A DNA stretch of 64,000 bases from Geosiphon pyriformis uo1 (taxonomy: Eukaryota > Fungi > Glomeromycota), in NCBI GenBank assembly GCA_016748015.1, contig JAAOMT010000034.1, positions 558,001 through 622,000 of the forward strand, written 5' to 3'. Made by a program: the position numbers and the translations under genes. Positions 1 to 12,810 of the stretch are shown one piece after another. The notes under the pieces are model-generated. The model had not been told where the DNA came from. It made no database searches and worked only from the letters and a program-made list of their open reading frames with translations. Position 1 is the first letter of the stretch. Every line of letters begins with the position of its first letter.

Positions 1-2199
1 CTTGACTTCACACAAAAACAAATCATAGAAAATGTACCAAAAAAAAGGTGAGAAAACTTCTCCTTGGTCCAATCTATTATGAACATAATACCCATTAGTC
101 AAGCCGAAATCTGTCATCACCCTATTGATGTGCTTATTGTGAATACTACCAAAAAACCTTATAAACTTGTTACACATTTTAATTCTGACCAAACTCCTCC
201 TGAGATGTTCCCAACCAACCAAGTCATAAGCTTTGTGCATGTCCTGCAAAACCAACCAGAGTTTCCAGTTTTTCTCTAAGGCATCTTTAATAACAGAACC
301 AATGGCAAAAATGGGGGACTGTGTTGTCATATCTTTTAAAACAGAAAAATTGTCCCCACAAAGAACATCAAACGTACTGCAAGCTGAGGAAATTTTATCC
401 AAAAAGATCTTGAAAAAAATCTTGTGAGCTGTTTCGATCAAAGCAATAGAATGGGTGTTCATAAGAACTTCCTCCCATTTATAAGGTTTTGGGATCATCA
501 AGACCCAAGCTTCCCTCCAAGGTTCAGGAACCAATTCACCAACCAAGCAAAAGTTTAAAAGCACCAAAAGCATATCTAAAACTGACTTGTCACATCATTT
601 CCACAATTCATTAGAGATACCAGAAAGTCCAGCAGCTTTCCCATTAGGAAGCTCTTTGACAATGGCAGACATCTCATCAAAACCAATAGGACACATAACC
701 CCAGAAAAAGCACTATCAAACACATAATCCAGAGACTGATATTGGCAGACCCAATTGTTGGAAACGTCAGACACCATTCTGCATTTCTTGGTCTACCCTT
801 CCATGATCTCATCCACTTTAGGCTTGACCAAATTAGGTTCCAAAATCAACTCATTTCCTACAACAAGATGATCTAAGACCACTTTGCAGAAAGAATGCTC
901 CAACACACTCTTGATGGTGTGGCCTTTGTCCAGCTCAAAACTCTTTATTCTTTTATTAATGGCTTGCTTGATAGATGATTCCTCAGTGCATTTGGATTCC
1001 AACAACTTAGAAAAGTGATACAACTTTCTTGCTTTGGTTAGTATAGAGCAAATAACATCAAAATTAGAACCTAAAAGTAAAAGGGACTTTACTGCCAATG
1101 CACCAGTGAAATCGAGTCTGTCCCACACCTCAAGCAAAGAAACAAAATCATTACTAGAAACTGAACATGAGGCTTTGACCAATTTAGATACCAGCAATTC
1201 CAGCTTATGAAACCTGGAAGATATCTTGGTAAAAACACCATTAAAACTCTTAAACCACTTTTTCTTGAACATTTCATCTGCTAAAAGAACCATAATCTTG
1301 CAAATAATGTCTCACATGGCATCCAAATCCAAAAATCCACTGGCCAAAAAGAACTCATTTGAAAACATCGCAGCATTGGCCACTGTAGACACTCAAAACT
1401 CACACTATTTAGTACTATCTGCATTTTTGACATCAAATTTCCAATGATCCTTATTTGCTTGTTTGCGCAATGAAATCAGACAAACATCAAGCAAGCCACC
1501 CAAATCTACAGAGACAGAAACAGCCTTGTGGTCAGTATCAAAATGGTCTACAACATCAGCCACACCATGATCCACAATTGCATTAACCAGATTTGAAGAG
1601 ACAAATAAATAATCAATTGTTTTTAATACACCATAAGAATTACTCCAAGTAGATGCCTTCACAACAAAACTCCCATTTAGAGAATTCACCAAACTTAAAT
1701 CAAAGCATTTTTTATAATTAGCACACCTACAAGACCCATTCTCATTAAAATCACCACCAAGAATAATGAAAGATGAATCATTCACAGCCTTGGCAATTAG
1801 AAAGTTGACGTTACCAGCTTGAGAAAATCTGACTGCTGAAGAGGCACCAGTATAAAGCCCCAAAATTGAAACTGAAAGCTTGTTTCTGAAAAGCAGCCTG
1901 ATAGAGATAAGCCAGCCAGGCACCTCAGAAACCTTGCAAACATGTTTTGTCAAAGAATTGTTTATGACAACAGCCACACCAGCACTCAAATAATCAGAAT
2001 TCAGACCAGAAATAAACACTCGCACACCATCAAATCTATTGGCAATCCAGGGGTGAACTTTCCCTTTTAATTTTAATTCAGTAAAAATAAAAATCAAATT
2101 GTCCATGTCTTTGTGCCAATGAATAACATCATCCTGCTTGGTAAGATTGTTTATCTTGTGAACATTACACGTGGCAATCTTCCAAACAAAATTTGTCAT
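1..2199 (-). pseudogene. LINE ORF2 (AP endonuclease + start of reverse transcriptase), interrupted by stops
   Basis: ORF 1405-2199 has EEP/APE motifs; 793-1293 and 595-777 continue into linker and RT. In-frame TAG/TGA codons fall at Trp/Gln/Arg positions. Confidence 0.9.
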
Positions 2200-3994
2200 T
2201 GAGAAAGAGGTTTGAAAAGCGCACCACTAGCCAAAATCGAACCATCAAACCTTGCTGTTAGACTTAGAACTAAAGCAGAAAGTTCTTCCAACATATTTTC
2301 CAATCTTTTTACCTTAAGAGAGGCAGAAGAAACCGAAATTGCAGCAGTATTATCACTAGTGGCCCCACCTAAGCCCTCTCCCATCACTATATTATCCACT
2401 TGATCCTGTGATGGGGGGGGTCACTGACAGCTGACATCCAGGGCTAGGCTGGGAAACTGCCAGCATGAATAAGTCTAACTTCTTAGTCAACTTACCAATT
2501 TGCTCCACGAGGCTAGCAATACTGCTTTCTAGAACTGCAAATCTTATTTCCAAATCACTCATAATAGAAAGGGTAGGCTTCATCTCCAAAGAGGAGCCAG
2601 CATTCACCAAAACATTACAAACAGAGGGAGGAGAGAAAGAAGACCCACCAACAATCTTGGCCCATAAAACTCCACCAAAGGAGACAGAATGAGCAACAGG
2701 TGCTGAACACTTGGCGTAAATGGCCACCAATCTGCCTTTATCTGCATCTGACAAAACTTGATGTGGCAAGCCACTAGAGGAAAATTTCTCACCTGAAACA
2801 CAGTTCAGAGATGTATAACCCAGTTTCTTATACTTTGTACACATAGCAAAGCCAAGATAGAACCAACAAAGATGAGCACCTTTTAACACAGATATAATTT
2901 CCATGATGGCATCCAATGATTCAGCTGACTCGAAACAAACAATGGCACATCTGGCCTGGGCATATGTAACCGGATGGTAATCAATCACACAAGTTTTTCC
3001 ACCCACAGAACCAATGAAGTCTCAGACGTCATGAGTATTTGTTTCCACTAGAAGAGTATAGAGCAGTGTCCTATAATGATCTCTCATATCCCATGTCAAT
3101 TTGTCTAAATCTGATCTGGCAACATACACCACATTTTTCCCAATTAGGATGGACCACCTAGCCGCCAAAAAATCTGCTTGATTCTACTCTTCAAATTCCA
3201 CAATCACTTTCTGCCACAGCTCTACCAACTGCATCTTGATCGACTTAATCATGCCAAATTCAGATAGCACAGTGCGCACAGCCTCAGCTGATGTTTCCAC
3301 TGGAATTTTCTTTAGCACCACAGCCCAATTTAAGCAACCAGTCAATTTTTTGAGATCAGTGTTCACCAAAATTTTCACATTAGCAGCCAATTTAGTAGCT
3401 TTCATTAAACTAGATTCAGAAGTAAACATCACCCAAATAATCCCAGAAAATTTTGAGGGAGTAAAGGCCCTCCCAAAACTATTGATTTTTGAAAATAATT
3501 TCCTGACCACAGCCAGTTTGTCCTGAGCAGATTTTTCAGAAATATTGATCAGATTAATATCCAAAGTGAAAGACTTCCTAGCAGACACATTGACTAATTT
3601 TTTGAGAGGGGGGGAAAGCACCACAGGTTCATCCAGGAGAATGTCATTATCATCATTGTTGCCCAAAAAGTTGATTTTGCCCAAAGACTTGCCCAAAGCC
3701 TGCTTGGTAATCAATCTCGGACTTTTCGGCATTTGGTTACTGTCCATTCTTACAAGAACATCTCTCTCTCCATAATTCACACTAGTTTCCTCAATCAAAA
3801 ACTCTTCTTCCATATCTACACTGTCCGATTTGGTGGTATTACCAGCTTCAGACCCTCAAGAATCACCAACTGGTTGATCAAGTAAAACCATTCCATGAAC
3901 AACACTGTCTTTTAGAACACCCTCTTTTTTTTTTTCTAGAGACAACATCTTTGCTAATAGTATCTTTACTAAAGCCTTTAACAGACTTCTTCAT
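2196..3994 (-). pseudogene. LINE ORF1 (nucleic-acid binding; RRM-like region, degenerate CCHC knuckle, C-terminal coiled coil)
   Basis: VVLKKIPV..AVRTVLSEFGMIKSIK RRM-like segment; CTKYKKLGYTSLNC reads as an eroded Cx2Cx4Hx4C. Homologous to 45931-47832. Start ATG uncertain. Confidence 0.75.
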
Positions 3995-4950
3995 CGCAGC
4001 CACACTAAAACTAACAACAGTTTTATAGTCGAGCAGAAATGGTTTTGATTTATCATACTGAATTGTAAAAACTTCTTTCAAAAAACTTTTGACTCTTTTT
4101 TAGGAATTTGGGATAAAGGAGAGAAAGAAGTTTTTTTTTAAAAATATGTTTTTATATACTTAATAAATATAAATATTAATAAAAAAATTTTGTTAAAATA
4201 CATAAATTATTAAAAAGTTTTAATTAGTATTTATATTTTGTTTTTAACAATTTTACAGATATTGTTATCTAATATATTTAATGTTAATTTGTATATTATT
4301 TTTTGCAAATATATGATTTTAAAGAATTAAAATAATAAAACTGTTTTGGTTTTTGAAAATATAAAAAGTATAATTAATTAGTTAATAGCTTTTATATTTT
4401 AATTAATTATATATTACAAAAATAAAATTTAATAATAAAAAAGAATAAATTAATAATATTGTATTATTTTTATATAATAATTTATTAATTAAATTAAAAA
4501 ATATGATTTATATTTTTAAAATTATTAAAATTTTTGTAATTGATTTTGATATATATAAGTTTTTTTTTTAAGTTTAAATAAAAATATAATAGTTTATATA
4601 ATTATATAATATTGTTTTAATTGGTTTGAATAACTAGTTATATATAGAAAATATGTGAGTTATATTTAGTTATAAATACTTAATTTGTTTATATATACTA
4701 AATAGCAATTGAGCTTTACTTATTAAATAAATAAATAAAAATATCAAAAATATAATAAGTATTTTTGGTAAATTTTTAATAATAAATTAAAATTTATTAA
4801 TTAATAATAATATAATATTATGTATTTTAAGTTATATGTATTTTTTTTTATTAAAAGTTTTATAAATACAGCTTAACTATTACCTAAAATTATATAATTA
4901 TACAAGATTCTATATTAAATATGGTTTATGTTTTTTCTATATATAACTAT

Positions 4951-6483
4951 TATTACTTATAAAAATTAAGAATTATAATAATAGATAAAATAGTCAATCA
5001 AAAATAAGCATAATAAAAGAAAAAATTCCAGAATTTTTCTTAAAAAATTGCAAAATTTTAAGAAATCTTATATAATACAAATTTTATATATAGAAAAAGT
5101 ATTAAAACATAAAAGTAGAAATTTGACTTAGATAAAATAGTAGTTAGCAATAACTACTTACCTTATTTCTTCTTTTAAAAAATAATTTTTTATAACTTAA
5201 AATAGAATTACATTAATATTAATAAAATATTTAATTATTATTAAACTTATGCTATTATTACAGATTAAAGTAACAAGCTAACAGATAGCAAAAGAAAACA
5301 GAATTGTAAGATGATAAAAAAAATCAAAGAGAGTTCAATTTCAAAGAATGAATTGAATAAGTATGGATTTAATGTGTGAAATCAGTTTTATAAAATATCT
5401 CAGTTGCTATACTTTTCAAGGATAACCAGAGAATCTGAAGGTAGAGAAATAATTTATACTGTCAATAAATGATCATGTCTAATATAATTCTATGTATTAT
5501 ATTGGCACTCTTAGAATTCAATATCAGGTATCAGATGTGCTCTTCAGTCATGTTTTATTTAATAATCTTCAAATACTACAATTACACATTTTAGGAAAAA
5601 GGTAAAAAATAACCAACAAGTAGTTTTTTATTCTAAGATGTTCAGATACTTAAAAATAGAGAAAGAGAATTTAGCAATAAAAAAATGATTAAGATGAAAG
5701 TTGTTATTTTATTTTTATTTTATTTTTGATTCTTACATGTTTTTCTACAGTTAAGAGATTTATTGCTTATATAGCTATCAAAAGTAGTTAATGATTAGAT
5801 TAATAACTAAGTCAATAATCAAGTCAATAATCAGGTCAATGATCAAGTCATTGATTAGGTCAATAATTAAGTTAATGATCAAGTTAATGGTCAGATTATT
5901 GATCAGGTTAATAATTATTTTCTAAAAATAGAATGGCTAATTTATATGACATCAATGGCTAATATATGTGATAATTAATAAGAAGTATAAGTTTCAACCA
6001 TAACACTATCATTGCTTAATTAAGATTATTAATTACTGTTATTACTATTAATATTCCATGTTAATAAAATTCAATACTTAATTACACTAAACCAATAGCT
6101 TTTAATTATAACTATTAACAAGATACTAATTTCTTATTTTCTTTTATTTTCTTTTGTTTCATTTTTTTGTTGTTTACTAATTAATTAAAGAGATTAAGTA
6201 CTAAATAATTGATGTCAAAAATAGCCTAATAAAAAACCCAAAAATAAAAATAAAAATTTAAAGATAGTTTACCAGAAAAACATGACTGCCAGAATAAACT
6301 GGTCATTATGTTAAAAAAAATTCACAAAAGAAACTATTAATTAAATTTCTATTTATTATATAAAAGACTTAACCAAAATCTTTAGACTTTAAAATCTTTA
6401 AAAATTATCAATATTACCAGTTATTGAGTACCAAGTTATGGGTTTGTTATTTGTTTTAACACTTCAAATAATCACTTGTAAAA
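4951..6483 (+). repeat. 5' LTR of family C, interrupted by a family-B solo LTR at 5256-6005
   Basis: Begins tattac (TGTTAC eroded) and ends tgtaaaa (TGTAACA-like). Aligns with 21938-22777 once the insert and one CTAT copy are removed. Confidence 0.85.
5256..6005 (-). mobile_element. Solo LTR, family B-related, inverted, with 4-bp TSD CTAT
   Basis: Reverse complement of the LTR type at 22954, 36903 and 43885. CTAT at 5252-5255 and 6006-6009. The empty site is visible at ~22290 in the other family-C LTR. Confidence 0.92.
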
Positions 6484-6485
6484 TT

Positions 6486-6503
6486 TGGTACTTTCTGTAA
6501 GAT
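6486..6503 (+). promoter_or_regulatory. Primer-binding site of family C element
   Basis: TGGTACTTTCTGTAAGAT lies 2 nt after the LTR end and matches the family-B PBS at 37573 apart from transitions. Confidence 0.75.
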
Positions 6504-9500
6504 ATAATTTAACAGAAAACCAACTAATATCAACTATCTAAAAAAGTAGCAAACCAAAAAATCATAGAAAAAAATCATTTAGAATTCACAAAATTCTTAT
6601 TTTAACATTACCAAACTTATCTTAAACTAATAAGTAATTATTAATTAGCAGAATTAGTTTTCAACTTCTATGTTAACAAAAAAATTAAATCCTATTTGGA
6701 AAACCAAAAAGATCTAAAAGTTACTCTTCAAAATTTCTACAATAAATTATTATAAAGCACTATCTTTTTATTAAACTATCTGTTTACATTACTAATTACA
6801 AAAATAAACAGAGAAATTAAAAAGTACACCCAACAAAAATTTTTTATTACTTTTGCAGATAAAAAAAAATTACAAACTCTAGCAGAAACATTAAGAAAAA
6901 TACAACTGTCTACTTGGAAAAAACCAAGAGTTAATTTACTTATTATATTATTATATATCAGGAAGTACTATACACATATCATCCAGATTCACATTAATAT
7001 CAATAGTAAAAACACTATTAGTCTAAGTATTATTCCAAAATAATCAAGAAAAAACCAAATTATTAGAAACTTATAACAATTCTTTAAAGGATTTAAATCA
7101 TAACCAACAACACTATCAAAATTTCAATTACTGCCACCTCAACCAAATTTTGGATCTACTAGTTATTGAAAAGACACTGATTCAGAAAAAAGAAAGATAA
7201 CAATCAAAAAAATAAAAACTTCAATTGTTTAAATTTTATAAAACTTAAACAATTCAAATCCTATTTCTATTTTTTAACAAAACTTATCTCCAGTTATTGT
7301 AATCAATCTACTAGTTGCATTAATTGCCATACAACAACAACAATCTTAAAAACAACTTGTATCAATGGCATATGTATTTATTATTAAACTTGAAAAATTT
7401 ACTGGTAAAAAAGGCAATGCTCAAACATGATTAAACAATATGAAAAAAGCCATTACAGTCAATAGATAAGATAATATTAGAGCATTTCAAGTTATTTTAT
7501 ACTTTTTTCAAGACACAACTAATTTATAGTATCAGAATCTTGTAAACAAACCTCAAAATTTTAACTGTATTTCTACAGTATTTTAGTAATAATAACAGTA
7601 TTAATTATCTGTTAACTAGCTTTACTACTATTAAACAAGGCAATACTAAAGCAGTCACTATTTATTTGGGATGCTTTTACAGAAATTTGTACCAAATCTA
7701 GGCAATTCAAGCTGACTACTTTATAATAGCACAGATTTTGAACCAGTTTATTTGCAGATTATATAGCAGCTTGTTACAATAAGTATGTTTAATGTACTTA
7801 AATACTCTTTAGAATACAATTACTTATCCAGAAATTTTGAATTAGCTAAACTTAAAACCAATTACATCCAAGCCATAAATTTAGTAATGAACAAATTATC
7901 TGGATTAGATTCTAAGCTAAAATAATTTAGTGACTCTATTAACCAGAAAATTAAAAGATACTTAACTAATAATCAAGCTATTTATCAGCCTCCACAATGT
8001 TATAACAATTCAAGAAACTCCAATCACTTCCAAAATTATTTATGTTCAATACTATTGTTATTATCAGATTAATTGTGCCAACAAAAAATATGTAATTGTT
8101 ATTATTATGGTAAACAAAGTCATTTAAAAACAGATTACCACTTCAAATTTAATAACCAATAATCGAGAAATCAATATCAAAAGTCTGATTACAGGTTTTA
8201 AACCCAGAATTATGTCAAAAATTTGTTATTAAAATTATATTTATATTAGACATATTATTTCTAAATGATCTAACAACTTATATATATATTTCCAGTTTAT
8301 TAAACTCCAGAATTGGTAATTTATTAACCACAATCACAAGTAATTTATTAATCCCAACTCATTCAAACGCTGCCACAAAATTTAACTCAAATGTCAACTG
8401 GAAACCAAAAGCCAAAAATCACACACAACAAAACTGGAGATTAACAATAGTTATATACCAACTGATTTTCAATTTTTTAAACCAGCTATTAGAATCATGC
8501 CAATGAAGTTTGAGAAGTGGGTACACTCAAAACCTAAATTCTCAGAACTATTTAAGCTTCTTAGTTATTCCAAAAAACAACTTATTCAACAACTTAGAGA
8601 TCAATTTAATATTACTTACCAATAATATTCTATTAGCAATAGTTACTGAAAACAAGTTACTTGTAATCATTTTTTCTTTCAAATTAAAAGAATTAACAAT
8701 AACACTTTTATTTAGTAGAGCTGTTCTTAATACCAAACTAATTATTGTTATGTATACTAATATTAAAATTAATGATTAATCTATTAAGCTAATTCTTAAT
8801 AGTGGATTAGCAAGTAATATTATCATATTACAACTCATGAACCAATTAAGTTGTCAAGTTAATTATATTGTTAGTGCCAAAATTATTATAATCAATAGAA
8901 TAACCAAGATTTTTATTAGTAAAATTAACAACTTTTCATTCAAAGTCAACAGTATTATAGCATTAATCAAAGTTTTAATCATAAAAACCACACAATACCA
9001 AGCTTTTATTGGTAACAACTAACTATTTAAAACCAATACTGTATTCAACTAAAACACCCAGAAGCTACAGCTCAGTCAAAACAATCAGCAAATTTGAGTA
9101 CCAATTATCTACAACCACTTTAAAACAAATACTACCACCCAATTACCACTAATTAAGTTTAAAAAAAAAAAAACTTACCTGAAAAGCTTATTAAGTCTTA
9201 TAAGCTAATAATAACTACAATAAACTATCACCAATATTCTTTTAAAATAACAAAAAAAAAAAGAAAAAAACAAACCTTAAATTACTACTTCTATAAAAAA
9301 AACCAATAATATTTGGTATGTTCTATATTTAATAAAATTAAGAAAGAAGCCATCTTATATTTCTTTCAAATACATTAATTGTAAAAAAAAGCTTTTTTCT
9401 ATAAAAGCTTAAGTATTATTCAAAGAAAACTATTGAATACATACTTACTACTATTGTAAACTGTATTATAAAGAATATTTTAAGTATCTAAAATGACAAA

Positions 9501-9999
9501 AAAAGTAAAACAATAAACTATGTCTTATTTGTAAAAAAATTTTACTTAATGAAAGAATATAGAATGACATTTCTGAACAAAAAAGAATATATAACATATT
9601 ATGCCAATACATAATCCTTATAAGCAACTAAATGAGCTAAAAAATGTCTTTTAATACCATATAGAACAGAGTTTTCTTGTATTTAGACAGTTATTTACAC
9701 AATAAAAACAAAATTTGATGAATAACAAATGCCAAAGTCAAAGACACTTTACTCAATAAAATACTTAGCATTAAAACAACCCACCAAAATCTGTTAAAAC
9801 TGTTCTCATTTTTAATCCAGATATATTTATTAAAATTCTAAATAATTCAAAACAATTTCACAAACACTATCAAAATTTAGCACTTACTAGAAAAAAGCAA
9901 GAGCAGTATTTGAAACAATTAAATACTAGACTTTGTAAATATTGTCTAATTTTTAATAACTTCAAATATTGTGATAATTATAACTGTATTTACAATTCA

Positions 10000-10940
10000 T
10001 AATTAATTTGGAAAGATCTATTGAGATTTTTTGACAATTATTTTCCAATTTATACAACTGTTTGTTTTCTTTATATTATTATTCATCATAATTTTTTCAC
10101 AAATTGCCAATTTTTTTGTTTTATTCAAATTTAATTCTAACATAAAAGATGATTTGATAATTCCTGGAAATTTTGAAAAAATAAACACTTTTTCAAAACC
10201 ATCAACATAATAAAAAATTTTTTTTACTGCAATTAATTTATTATTATTAGTTTTGCCAAATATAGTAGACAACTTAATATTCAATACAAATAACTTTGTT
10301 AAATTAAAACTTTGTTTTTTTAAAACATGTAATCTGATCAATAGGAGTTGTTTGGAGCTATTAAACTTAAGTAACAGAATCATTAAGATATTTTTGTCAT
10401 TATTTAAATCCATAAATAAAAGAGTTTTTGGTAGTTGACTTAACATATATGTTTAAGTACAAGTTTTCTATAGTGTAATATTATTTATATTATTATTGAC
10501 CACTAAAGTATCTAAATCTACATAGCTAATTTTTTTGGTAATTATGTTTTTCATATTTTTTATGTCTAATAGATTGCTGATACTACTGGCTTTACTACCA
10601 ACTTTGTTTTCTCAGAACACCACAGATTTGTTACCAAAAACACCAATATCTTCAAAACTTAAAAAGCCAGTAAACAAATTAATTACATCAATATCTATAT
10701 CAAACTTTTTATAAAATATTCTGTAAAAATATACACTCTTTACATGCTTTTTTTTGGTGTTTAAGCAGGTTTTTAAACCAGCCAAATTTAAATTAAAACC
10801 ACCAACAGAAGAGCTTATTAGTTCTATTACAACAAAAAAAAATAAGTTGGAAGAAATAACTAAAGAGATACAAAAAAAAACAAATTAATTTTTTGATAAA
10901 TTTTTACTTTTGTTATAATCAAGAAATAGACAAGAGAAAA
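10000..10940 (-). mobile_element. LINE 5' fragment (5' UTR + N-terminal ORF1), 3'-truncated
   Basis: ORF 10018-10446 (KLIAVKKIFYYVDGF..SKFPGIIKSSF) and the upstream sequence align with 45806-46770 and with ORF1 at 3184-3813. Confidence 0.85.
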
Positions 10941-11409
10941 ATTAATTTTATTATATTATTTTGGTAAATAAGCTCTTTTAATATTAAAAATAATGTAAAT
11001 AAAATTAGATTTTTTTAAATTGGTTTATTTTTGATAGTTATTATTTAAATATGTTTATTAATAAAATTTGTAGGTTGAATTTTTTTTAGCTTAAAAGTAT
11101 TTTAATATAAATTCAATAATTAATCATATAAAAAATACAAAATTTATGTTTATTATAATGTTTTTGTGTTTTATATTATAGGTTATAAAAAAATTATACT
11201 TAAAATAGTCTATACTAAAATAATATTTGTTGTATATTTTTTATATTGTTATAAAAAATATATTGTAAATTGTTTTTATTAAATAAAATGAATATATAAT
11301 CATATATTTATTAATTAATTTTAATTTTAAGTTATTATTATTAAATTGTTAAATTTTAACAATTATTTTTTAATTTAATTTATTAATTTTAATAGTTTAA
11401 AAGTTTTAA

Positions 11410-11800
11410 CAGATTTAAAAAACTCAAATACAAGTTTTTTACAAATATTTTAATATTATAAAATATTATTATGTATTTTAATTTTATTTTATTTTATTAA
11501 TAACTTCTTTTTTATATTATGTTTATTATGTTTTTTTCTATTTAATATATTTTTTAATAGTTAGTTATTATAGTCTTAAATTCATATTTTATGTAAAATT
11601 GTTGTTTTATTGTCCATATAAATTCAATAATTTAACTTTTTAGATATATACTTTAATGCCAATTTTATTGCTTTTAATTTAATTAATATTGAAGACATTA
11701 TATAATATACTTTGGAAAATTTATGTTAAAAAACCATGTTATAATACTTTTGAATATATTGTTATTTTTTAAATTTTTTACTAAGCTATTTATGTAAATT
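11410..11800 (-). pseudogene. Extremely eroded RNase H domain of an older LINE-like element
   Basis: The minus strand reads IYINSL (IYTDGSL, 11782-11799), SSILIKLKAIKLAL (SSTxAELxAIxLAL), IYMDNKTTI (IYTDSxAAI) and IKIKIH (xKVKAH) in the correct order and spacing. Confidence 0.6.
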
Positions 11801-12605
11801 AATATTATTATTAACTTTAATTAATTAATGCTTTTTTGGCTTTTTTAAAGATTCACTTTTTTTTATTTTTTGTAGATTTTAGTTTTTAATTATCGTGTTT
11901 ATTTAAAATTAATTTTTATACATTTTTTTGTATTTTTATCAATTTAAAACAACATTTTTAAGATTTATTTTCTTATAACTTTTAATATTGCTTTATTTTA
12001 TTAGTCTGCTCTTTTTGTTTATAAATTGGTTAATAAATATAAATTTTAACTTTTTAAATACTTAAAGTTTTTTTGTATGCCTTTATTTTAATTGTATTAT
12101 ATATTATTTACTCATTTACAAAACCGTTTATAGGATTTATATTAAGCATATAATATTGCTTTAAAGAGTTTAATTACTTAAATTTATATTAAAATTAAAG
12201 ATGTGTAAAAAACATGAGTGTTAATAGTAACTGCTAAGAATTAAATAAAGTGAAGAAAAATTGAGAAAATGAAAGTGTTATTAACGGTTTTTTAAAACTT
12301 TTTCACAACACAAGAAAACAAAAAAATAGATATTTTTTTCTTCATGTGATATAAACATTACAAGATTATATCTGAAATTAATATCAAATATTAACTATTT
12401 AATATAATACAAAAATCAATAATATAAAGTATGGAATATAAATTTTTTTTGTTTAAATTTGTAATATTTTATTTACTGTCAAAAAATTTCAACTTTTTCA
12501 ACCTTAAAATACTGTTTTATATAGGTATAAGTATTTTGTTTTACTAATCAAAAAAGATTTGTTCTCGTAAAACAAATAGAATTTCATGAGATAATAGCGA
12601 AAATA

Positions 12606-12640
12606 ACAACAACAACAACAACAACAATAACAATAACAAC
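12606..12640. repeat. Imperfect (AAC)n microsatellite
   Basis: aacaacaacaacacaacaacaataacaataacaac. Confidence 0.9.
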
Positions 12641-12810
12641 TTTTATCATCTGGATGTTAATTATTATTTCTTTGAGGATAAACTTTTTAAATTGTTTCAA
12701 GATCCTTTCGAAGCTGAATGAAAAAAATGTATAAAAATAAAAGTTTTTGAATTATCAAACTCACAATCCCCACTTTTATTATTAAAATAAATTAATTCTT
12801 AAAAGCTGAT

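Larger units (their letters stand above)
1..4130 (-). mobile_element. APE-type non-LTR retrotransposon (LINE), 5' ~4.1 kb; the 3' part runs off the window start; mildly decayed
   Basis: ORF1 fragments (3878-4081, 3184-3813, 2392-3006, 2196-2399) are followed by ORF2 with an endonuclease (ATCNV, GGDFN, TIDYLF, TDH) and the start of RT (KAAGLSGISNELWK; minus-strand PIALIETA and DNFSVLK near 340-460). Colinear with the LINE at 45806-52630. The 5' end is set at the pyrimidine-rich start next to an AT-only flank. Confidence 0.93.
4951..10000 (+). mobile_element. Ty3/Gypsy family C, 5' half (LTR-PBS-gag-protease-Cys-rich domain), heavily mutated, truncated at ~10000
   Basis: The LTR matches 21938-22777 and PBS is at 6486. 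Gag capsid (IIKLEKFTG..AQT*L, QILNQFI), protease LIL(N)SG at ~8788 and a Cys-rich region (9350-10000) are all homologous to element A. Confidence 0.88.

Noticed and set aside
64-3775. Short plus-strand ORFs over the LINE (and similar antisense ORFs over other TEs and genes)
   Set aside because: Shadow ORFs opposite real coding frames, with no motifs of their own.
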